From assembly GCA_050013255.1 (NCBI GenBank), contig JBEKFP010000001.1, forward strand, positions 320,001 through 384,000: DNA of 64,000 bases, in the 5' to 3' direction. The stretch is from Candidatus Bathyarchaeia archaeon (lineage in GTDB: Archaea > Thermoproteota > Bathyarchaeia > 40CM-2-53-6). How positions within the stretch are numbered: the stretch's first letter is position 1; each line of letters opens with the position of its first letter. Positions 57,293-64,000 of the stretch are shown here, in pieces. The position numbers and the translations under genes are program-made. The notes under the pieces are model-generated. The model ran no database searches. It had not been told where the DNA came from and saw only the letters and a program-made list of their open reading frames with translations.

Positions 57293-58396
57293 ATGCAAAT
57301 TACGAAAGTTCAAGCATATCCTGTCCGCGTGCCGATGCGACAGTTCAGTGACGCATATTCCGATTATCCGATGGGACAATTTGTGCTCGTCGAAATCGAG
57401 ACTGACCAAGGGACGGTTGGCTTCGGTGAGGCTCCCTGCACAGTCACTGTGGGGTTCTACGGAGAAACATTGGAGACGGTAACTGCAGCGATTCGGAATT
57501 ACCTTGGACCAAGGTTGTTGGGGGAGGATCCGCTCAACATACGCAAGGCTACTTCACTCATGAATTCCATCCATGGAGCTGCATTCATCGCTAAGACGGG
57601 CATCGATACAGCGCTCTATGATTTAGCGGGCAAAGCCCTCGAAGTTCCTGCAAGTACCTTGCTAGGTGGCAGACAAAGAAACAGCATAGAGGCTGCGTCT
57701 GAGATAGCGATAGTTAATCCCGAAGAAATGGTTCGAGAAGCCCGCCGCCTCATTGAGTTGGGTTTCAAAGTCATCAAAGTCAAGGCCGGCAGAAATGTCG
57801 ATGATGAGGTCAAGGGGATCAAAGCGATTCGGAACGCGGCAGGCTCAGACATCGAACTGAGAGTCGACCCAAACGGAGGGTGGTCACGCCTCGACACTCT
57901 CCGAGCCCTCAAGGTCCTTGCGCGTGAGGAAATCAGTTACATTGAACAACCGCTTCCGGGCTGGGATCTGGAAGGCCTTGCATGGCTACGGAAAGCAACG
58001 GGTGTCCCCGTAATGGTTGACGAGAGCGTCTGGACTCCACAGGACGTGATTAAGATCGCAAGAGCAGAAGCCGCGGACATAATCAACATTAAGATCACTA
58101 AGGCTGGCGGCTTGAAGAACTCTCTGGCTATCTACACGACCGCAGAAGCGGTGGGCATCCCGTGCATCGTTGGAACCGAACTCGAATCATGCGTCGCAGT
58201 CGCGGCGAAACTGCAGCTCGCGGCTTCATTGGAAAACCTGCCTTATGCCTGTGAATTTACGGAATTGGCTTTTCAGAGAATGGCCATAAAGGAATCTCTG
58301 CAGCTCCAAAATGGTACCCTGAAGGTTCCGACAAGCCCAGGCCTGGGTATGACTCCAGATAGGCAATTGATAGACCAGAACACTGTTTCTCTGTAA
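57293..58396 (+). CDS. Enolase-superfamily (MLE subgroup) racemase/epimerase
   Basis: IKVKAG, DPNGG, IEQP, VDES, NIKITKAGG, PGLG. Confidence 0.85.
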   Translation: MQITKVQAYPVRVPMRQFSDAYSDYPMGQFVLVEIETDQGTVGFGEAPCTVTVGFYGETLETVTAAIRNYLGPRLLGEDPLNIRKATSLMNSIHGAAFIAKTGIDTALYDLAGKALEVPASTLLGGRQRNSIEAASEIAIVNPEEMVREARRLIELGFKVIKVKAGRNVDDEVKGIKAIRNAAGSDIELRVDPNGGWSRLDTLRALKVLAREEISYIEQPLPGWDLEGLAWLRKATGVPVMVDESVWTPQDVIKIARAEAADIINIKITKAGGLKNSLAIYTTAEAVGIPCIVGTELESCVAVAAKLQLAASLENLPYACEFTELAFQRMAIKESLQLQNGTLKVPTSPGLGMTPDRQLIDQNTVSL

Positions 58397-58445
58397 CTGA
58401 GAAGTAAGCTACCAATTCGCGTGGTCTTTTTGTTGTTAGTTTCCT

Positions 58446-58583
58446 ACGGACGGATTACTCATTGTCCCGCCATTTTACAGTAAGCCGGGATTTGAGGAAA
58501 TCTACCAATACTACTCGGCCATTTCGAAGGCCGTTAACATTCCGACCAAGGAGGATTCATCCAATGTGACCTTGAAACCGTAA
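58446..58583 (+). pseudogene. Internal fragment of a second DapA-family gene
   Basis: Manual translation TDGLLIVPPFYSKPGFEEIYQYYSAISKAVNIP; in-frame TAG at 58437 and no start codon. Confidence 0.75.
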
Positions 58584-58839
58584 TACTACCCTACATAGAC
58601 CATGACACTAGGGTTGTTTCTTATCAGCGAGAATTCTCTAGGCGACGGTTCTTTGAGAAGCGATCCGAATTATCATTGAATAGCACTGCCGTGTGTTGTA
58701 TCAACAGAACAATACATGTAATCTTCAAACTCCGAAAGATCTAGACAACTGTGAAAGGTTCATCCGTAGACATTCTGGAAACGAGTTCGTTGCCTCGTCG
58801 TTCGGCAGCTTTATACAGACACCAAAAATAATCTGAGTT

Positions 58840-60801
58840 ATGGCTAGACTGCCTACTGATGGTCTGCCTGTGGCTATTACTCCGGAAGATATCCTAACGA
58901 AGAAGGTCATTACTGACGCACAGATTTCATCCAATGGGAACTCCATCGCTTTTGTTGTGGGAGATTGTTTCAAGGAAAAAATTGGGAAAGCAAAATCGAA
59001 CATTTGGTTAGCTGATGTCGGTTCGGGGACCTTGCGTCAATTCACTAGAGGGGCTGGGACCGACAACTTTCCAAGATGGTCACCCGACGGGACGAAGCTT
59101 GCTTTTCTGTCAGATAGGTCCGAGAACCGCCTGGTTCAGGTCTACCTGATAGACCGAGAAGGAGGTGAAGCGCTGCAGCTGACTGACATTAGAGGTGAGA
59201 TAACTGACTTTGCATGGTCTCCTTCAGGCAAGGAGATAGCGTTTCTGATGTATGACCCAGAGACGGAGGAAGATAGGGTGAGGATGGAAAAGTCTGGAGG
59301 CGCAATTGAATTCGAGAAGTTTCACAAATTCTGCAGAATCTGGACGGTACACATCCAAAATAAGTCTCTTAGGAAGGTCACGGAAGATCATCAGGTCTGG
59401 GAATTTTGCTGGTGTCCGGATGGCAGTTGCTTTGCTGCCATTGTGGCAGATGAACCCTACGAATGGTCGTGGCATATAGCACGCTTGGCTGTAATACCCA
59501 TCAATACAGGCGAACCCCGCGTTCTGTATGATGCGAAACCGAAGCAGCTGGGGGGGCTGTTGTGGTCACAAGACGGGCGGTCGATCTATTTCTTGTCAGC
59601 TACATTGAGTGACAGGCCGCTCGTAGGCGGTGACTTATTCAGGATATCTGCGTCTGGTAGTGAAAGGAAACCGACAAATCTTACGAATGACAATCTGGGT
59701 TCAGTTCACTATGCGAAATGGAATGCAACGGACAGACTAATTGTTCTTAGCGTAAACAATGCGAAGACGATATTCACGTTAGTGAACCTTTCAGGGCCAA
59801 AGCAAGTAGAGTTTACTACATTGTACGAGGGAGAAGTAGGGGTAATTGGCGGATTGTTGTTCACTTCACAGCCAATGTTCTCTTGTGCGGACAACGGATT
59901 AATCGCAATAGTTAGGGAAGATCTGTACTCGCCGCAGGAAATCTGGTATGGCAAAATGTCGGAGGCAAGCATTTTTTGGAAACAGCTTACGGATTTCAAC
60001 AAGCCGTTGAAGAAGTACTCGAACATTTGCGCGGAAATGGTCGAATGGAAGTCTTTTGATGGTCTGAATATTCAGGGATTTCTCTACTATCCTCCCAGGC
60101 AACAAAATGAACCTCTTCCACTTGTTGTTCATGAGCATGGAGGACCATCGTTCGGTTACGGTTGCAGATTCGAAATGGAAGCGCGATATTATGCTTCTCA
60201 TGGATATGCTGTTCTCTTGCCTAATCCGCGAGGGAGTATGGGAAGAGGAGTCAAGTTCCTAGAGATGAACAGAGGCAACATAGAAGGCAAGGACTTCAAA
60301 GATATCATGGCAGGAGTGGATTATTGCATAGAACAGCAATGGGCCGATCCAAAGAACCTCTTTGTTTATGGAGGAAGCTACGGTGGCTACCTCGTAGCTT
60401 GGACGGTTTCACAAACTCAGAGGTTCAATGCCGCTGTAATGGACTTCGGAATATGTAATTTACTAAGCTGCCACGGAGGCGAATGGAACACGTATTGGGA
60501 AGTATTTCAATTCGACATTGATCCCTACAACCAATCAGACTTGTTCAACAAGAAATCTCCAATCTATTACGCACGAAATGTAAAAACTCCGACTTTGATA
60601 ATACATGGAAAAGAAGACCCATGTGTCCCAGTAGAACAAGGGCACGAATTCTTTCGAGCTCTCAAAGAGCTAGGCATACAGACCGAGCTGATTGTTTATC
60701 CGCGAGAGGGGCATGGATATCAAGAGAGGGTCCACATGATCGATTCCTTCCAACGACACCTAAACTGGTTCAACGAGCACATGAAACATCACGAGTCATA
60801 A
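58840..60801 (+). CDS. S9 family peptidase (acylaminoacyl/prolyl oligopeptidase-like)
   Basis: WSPDG propeller repeats, HGGP, PNPRGS, GGSYGG, HGKED, REGH. Confidence 0.92.
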   Translation: MARLPTDGLPVAITPEDILTKKVITDAQISSNGNSIAFVVGDCFKEKIGKAKSNIWLADVGSGTLRQFTRGAGTDNFPRWSPDGTKLAFLSDRSENRLVQVYLIDREGGEALQLTDIRGEITDFAWSPSGKEIAFLMYDPETEEDRVRMEKSGGAIEFEKFHKFCRIWTVHIQNKSLRKVTEDHQVWEFCWCPDGSCFAAIVADEPYEWSWHIARLAVIPINTGEPRVLYDAKPKQLGGLLWSQDGRSIYFLSATLSDRPLVGGDLFRISASGSERKPTNLTNDNLGSVHYAKWNATDRLIVLSVNNAKTIFTLVNLSGPKQVEFTTLYEGEVGVIGGLLFTSQPMFSCADNGLIAIVREDLYSPQEIWYGKMSEASIFWKQLTDFNKPLKKYSNICAEMVEWKSFDGLNIQGFLYYPPRQQNEPLPLVVHEHGGPSFGYGCRFEMEARYYASHGYAVLLPNPRGSMGRGVKFLEMNRGNIEGKDFKDIMAGVDYCIEQQWADPKNLFVYGGSYGGYLVAWTVSQTQRFNAAVMDFGICNLLSCHGGEWNTYWEVFQFDIDPYNQSDLFNKKSPIYYARNVKTPTLIIHGKEDPCVPVEQGHEFFRALKELGIQTELIVYPREGHGYQERVHMIDSFQRHLNWFNEHMKHHES

Positions 60802-60808
60802 CCCCGTA

Positions 60809-61240
60809 AAGGTTCACATTGAAATCACGGACCTAATCGCCCCAGAGGTTGGGGACGAATTGGGGGCTGCGAAGAGGCTGTCTTCTTGGGTGTATGATAA
60901 CCTGGGACCTGATACGCCAATTCACTTCCTACGCTTCCACCCAGACTACAAAATGATGAACCTCCCACCAACACCAGTCAAAACATTAGAGAAGCACCAC
61001 GCAATCGCCAATGGGGTTGGGCTGAATTACGTGTACTTAGGGAACGTGCCGGGGCACCCGCTAGAACACACCTACTGCCCAGAGTGCAAGGCCATAGTTG
61101 TGGAACGCCTCGGTTTCGACATAACAGGCTGGCACCTCGACAAGCAAAACCGCTGCTCAAACTGTGGAAACGAAATCCCCATCGTGGGCCAATTGAGCAA
61201 GTCAATAAATGAAGAACGCTTCGTGCCCATAATCATGTAA
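60809..61240 (+). pseudogene. 5'-truncated duplicate of the radical SAM gene 3' end (right repeat copy)
   Basis: Starts abruptly at KVHIEITDL just after the S9 peptidase stop; lacks the CxxxCxxC region. Confidence 0.9.
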
Positions 61241-61263
61241 GGGTATGTTGGTGGGATTCCGGT

Positions 61264-61515
61264 TTGGCAAAGTCAGTTAGAGTGGAAGAAAGAACGTACC
61301 GAAGGCTCTCTCAGGCTTCCGGCCGACTACAGGTGATGCTCGGGAGACCAGTTTCTCTCGACGAGGCGATTTGGTACCTGCTGAATGGTGTGAAGGAGGA
61401 GGGCAGGATAAGTGACCTAGCCGGGAGCTGGGACATGTCGGAATCTGAAGCGAGAGAGATCGAAAGGGTGTTGCGGGATGGATGGAAATGTTGGAAGCTT
61501 CCTCAGCCTGCTTAG
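61264..61515 (+). CDS. Archaeal VapB-like antitoxin
   Basis: KSVRVEERTYRRL...SLDEAI..LL N-terminus; ISDLAGSW.MS..EA. Confidence 0.7.
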   Translation: MAKSVRVEERTYRRLSQASGRLQVMLGRPVSLDEAIWYLLNGVKEEGRISDLAGSWDMSESEAREIERVLRDGWKCWKLPQPA

Positions 61516-61553
61516 ACACGCCTTCCTGCTGGCAAAACGTTAACTATTTATGA
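61488..61553 (+). pseudogene. Possible VapC (PIN) N-terminal stub
   Basis: Overlaps the antitoxin end; MLEASSACLDT followed by unrelated sequence and a stop. Confidence 0.45.
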
Positions 61554-61586
61554 TTATGCACCTAAGTACATAGTATTATGCACCTA
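61553..61586 (+). promoter_or_regulatory. Tandem 12-bp repeat ATTATGCACCTA (22-bp period) over the MNT start
   Basis: Copies at 61553-61564 and 61575-61586; TATA-like TATTTAT just upstream. Confidence 0.6.
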
Positions 61587-62195
61587 GAACCATTATCGAA
61601 GACATCAGTGGAAATACTGGCTTATCTTAGCTCGAAACTTCGAGAGAGCTTCACGGTGCGGCAGATTGCAGGCGGGATAGGTCGGGACTACAGGATAACA
61701 TACGTAATGACAATGCGCCTTGCCCAGCAGAAATACATCATTGCTGAGAAGCGCAGGCCTGTCACACACTGCAGGCTGAACCTTAAGGGCAACTCCGCGC
61801 TGCTGGCCTACATCGAAGCTATTCGTGCGGACCGGTTTCTTGCAAAACACCGCGATATCGAAGTAATTGCAAAAGGTCTGTGTGAAAAGATTGCTTCGCC
61901 GTTCTTTACCATGATACTTTTCGGCTCCAACGTAAAGGGGACTACGTCCAAGAGGTCTGACTTGGATGTTTTATCTGTAATTCAGAACAAGGAGATGGAA
62001 AAGGAAGTTTCGTCCGCAGTCGGCTCAGTCGCACGGACCAGCCCAATCGGCATACATGATGTGATTCTGACGAGCGGGGAGTTTGCCCAGCTGTTGAGGG
62101 AGAAGAAGCCGAACGTGGCGTGGGAAGCGGTAGACAACAGGATAGTGCCATATGGAGCGGAGCCGCTTTTCAAGATTCTGGAGGATGTCATGTGA
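61578..62195 (+). CDS. wHTH-fused minimal nucleotidyltransferase (MNT)
   Basis: N-terminal FTVRQIA..I HTH; ILFGS.VKG...RSDLDVL. Confidence 0.85.
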   Translation: MHLEPLSKTSVEILAYLSSKLRESFTVRQIAGGIGRDYRITYVMTMRLAQQKYIIAEKRRPVTHCRLNLKGNSALLAYIEAIRADRFLAKHRDIEVIAKGLCEKIASPFFTMILFGSNVKGTTSKRSDLDVLSVIQNKEMEKEVSSAVGSVARTSPIGIHDVILTSGEFAQLLREKKPNVAWEAVDNRIVPYGAEPLFKILEDVM

Positions 62196-62803
62196 TAGAA
62201 AAAGAAAGAATCGACGAAGCGAAGCGGAACGTGAAGCAGTATATCGATGAGGGTTTGCTGAAGATCAAGGACCAAGACGCGCAGAAGTTCGTCAGCTTCT
62301 TCATGAAGAACGCGGAATCATCGTTACAGACGGCGTCGATTCTGCAAGAGATTTCTGATGAAGAGGCTCTCAAGAACACGCTCAGAGTGGGCAGTGATTT
62401 CGAGTCCTACCTGTGGGTTATTGTCTCCTCCTACTATTCGATGTTCTATGCAGCGACAGCCCTCCTTGCCAGCCAGGGCATCAGGCTGACAGGGCAGATT
62501 GTCCACAAGGTTACGGGAGACGCGCTCATACACTTCTTTGTCTCGAATGAGAAACTGGGCAGACTGCTCGAACAATACGAGGAGGCAAAGGACGTCGGTC
62601 TGCAGCTGATAGGGAGGGAGGAGCTGATGAAGAGCATGCAGAAGAAAGCCAACGAGCTCATCGTGGCGTACGAGACTGAGAGGAAGAAGAGAAGCAAGTT
62701 CCAGTACGATATCGGCGTTCAGGCGAAGAGGGGTTACGCGCAAACTTCCCTCGACAGAGCCAAGGAATTCGTGTTTGAGATAAGCAAGATACTGAAGTCC
62801 TAG
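62192..62803 (+). CDS. HEPN domain protein
   Basis: GTG overlapping the MNT stop; SYYSMFYAATALL, VHK, RSKFQY, AKEFV. Confidence 0.8.
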   Translation: MIEKERIDEAKRNVKQYIDEGLLKIKDQDAQKFVSFFMKNAESSLQTASILQEISDEEALKNTLRVGSDFESYLWVIVSSYYSMFYAATALLASQGIRLTGQIVHKVTGDALIHFFVSNEKLGRLLEQYEEAKDVGLQLIGREELMKSMQKKANELIVAYETERKKRSKFQYDIGVQAKRGYAQTSLDRAKEFVFEISKILKS

Positions 62804-63010
62804 TGCATAACATTATGCAGATAGATACATAACCACCGAAGTGCCGGTGTGATAGCGAAAGCGGTTCCTAGGATTACCCCGGCAGCGAAGGCGATAGAGA
62901 AGCCGAATACAGTGAAGAAGACCAAGCCGACGATGATGAGTAAGATAACGATGATCACGAGAAAGACGAGGAATGGAGTTGTCCGAAGAAACCAAAGACC
63001 AGATCACAGC
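62801..63010 (-). pseudogene. Degraded membrane-protein fragment
   Basis: Minus-strand PFLVFLVIIVILLIIVGLVFFTVFGFSIAFAAGVILGTAFAITP preceded by an in-frame TGA. Confidence 0.4.
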
Positions 63011-63247
63011 ATATTTGACCCAGCAACGACGAGTAGTAAAGAGTCGCTATGGCGGAAAGATCTACCGGCCCCACCAGCCCGCGAATCACAGAAATTGTAG
63101 CGATAGCACGCCTGAATCGATGAAAATGAGTTGAACCCCGCCATAAAGGGGGTTAACATCCCGGCGGGATCGGACGAACGCCGCTATCAACTTGACATGA
63201 CTTTCCAGTTTGTCCAAGTTCGAAGCTCGTGGTCACGATTATTCTTC

Positions 63248-64000
63248 TCAGGACACTGGCTTCCAGACGAGACCGAGCTGGTCAGCGTAGGCGTACGCTT
63301 CTCCTATTTCCTGCGTGCTGGGGCAGCGAGCGATCTCTCGGTATTTCTCGGGTTCCCTGAGAACGAAGTGTTCGGGCCTGTATTGACTCATTACGTTGAC
63401 TAATGCGCGTGGGCAATTTTCTGCTACCCAGCCGAGAATGGGTTTGGTGCAGCATTCTACATGGCCGGGCATAACAAGGTGCCTGACTATCATATCGCCA
63501 TTTTCGTGGGCTATGGCGTGGTTTCGAGAAACTACCTCGAAGTATCTGACGATTCGCGAGTATTTGAGGGCGCAACGGTCGTTGCCCCACTTGAAGTCGG
63601 GCAGCCAAATATCCACCACATCCGCCAAGATTTGCATGGCTTCCCGGGTCAGGTACATGTTGCTGTTCCATAGGATTGGCACATTTACGGAAGTGAGGTT
63701 CAGGGCTTCTAGGATTATGTGAAGGTTCGGCGTGGGTTCGCCCCCAACGAAATTGATATTCGCCGCCCCCTCACCCCTCAACGACCTGATTATCAGGGAG
63801 AGGTTTCCAGGTGAGACGGGCGCCCCTGCGTCCGGGTCTTGGGAGATATCCCAGTTCTGACACATCACGCATCGAAATGTGCATGACGTGAAGAAGATTG
63901 TTCCTGAGCCATGCCGATCCACTAACGGCGGTTCCTCTCCGAAATGCCGGAAGAACGTTGCAACCCTGGCCGTGCTACCTAGGTGGCAAGCGCCTTCCCT
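63248..64000 (-). CDS. Radical SAM protein, PflX-like (partial, starts beyond window)
   Basis: HFGEEPPL, GSGTIFFTSCTFRCVMCQNWDISQ, GGEPTP, LPDFKWG, VRHLVMPG, MSQYRP. Confidence 0.9.
   Translation of the reverse strand, partial: REGACHLGSTARVATFFRHFGEEPPLVDRHGSGTIFFTSCTFRCVMCQNWDISQDPDAGAPVSPGNLSLIIRSLRGEGAANINFVGGEPTPNLHIILEALNLTSVNVPILWNSNMYLTREAMQILADVVDIWLPDFKWGNDRCALKYSRIVRYFEVVSRNHAIAHENGDMIVRHLVMPGHVECCTKPILGWVAENCPRALVNVMSQYRPEHFVLREPEKYREIARCPSTQEIGEAYAYADQLGLVWKPVS

Larger units (their letters stand above)
40530..60808. mobile_element. Putative genomic island (peptide uptake and catabolism) between the duplicated gene ends
   Basis: Bracketed by the 429-bp repeat; functionally coherent cargo; no integrase visible. 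Confidence 0.7.

Noticed and set aside
40530-60808. Provirus or conjugative element
   Set aside because: No integrase, capsid, replication or transfer genes; the cargo is purely metabolic.
60860-61240. 126-aa ORF as an independent gene
   Set aside because: It is the 5'-truncated duplicate of the radical SAM gene; homology extends upstream of its TTG to 60809.
62849-63100. Lys/Thr-rich plus-strand ORF
   Set aside because: Antisense shadow of a hydrophobic minus-strand fragment.
1-64000. Genome-wide TAG recoding (pyrrolysine), suggested by the in-frame TAG at 14696
   Set aside because: Many complete genes end in TAG at their expected C-termini (for example pyk, Lrp, dppB) and no pyl genes are in the window.
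1-64000. CRISPR array, tRNA or rRNA genes
   Set aside because: No regularly spaced repeats or cloverleaf/rRNA signatures found by eye; a dedicated scan was not possible.

Overview
Archaeal chromosomal segment. GGAGGTGA-type RBSs, frequent TTG starts, archaeal apgM, split glutamate synthase, RAD55/KaiC-like proteins and class III signal peptides suggest a TACK archaeon, probably Bathyarchaeia (inference). 1-38.3 kb is mostly housekeeping and accessory: a liv-type ABC operon, a cis-3-hydroxyproline dehydratase-like enzyme, eno/apgM/pyk, a three-gene glutamate-synthase-like cluster with Lrp, an orphan DNA methyltransferase and surface beta-propeller proteins. It also holds two receptor-like proteins (ectodomain-TM-inactive KaiC/RAD55 domain) next to zinc-ribbon proteins, one of which is a SWIB-like/zinc-ribbon mini-protein behind a structured intergenic region. 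At 38.4-40.5 kb an AmmeMemoRadiSam-type radical SAM gene carries an intein with a Vsr/DUF559-like nuclease inserted inside its CxxxCxxC motif. The last 429 bp of this gene recur 20,720 bp downstream (about 86% identical by manual alignment, mostly synonymous changes). The two copies bracket an integrase-free ~20 kb island: a peptide ABC importer, six peptidases/hydrolases and OCD/DapA/enolase-superfamily enzymes. The window ends with an orphan VapB plus VapC stub, an MNT-HEPN pair bounded by related palindromes, and a partial PflX-like radical SAM gene. No tRNA, rRNA or CRISPR array was recognised. All family calls come from reading motifs; no searches were run.
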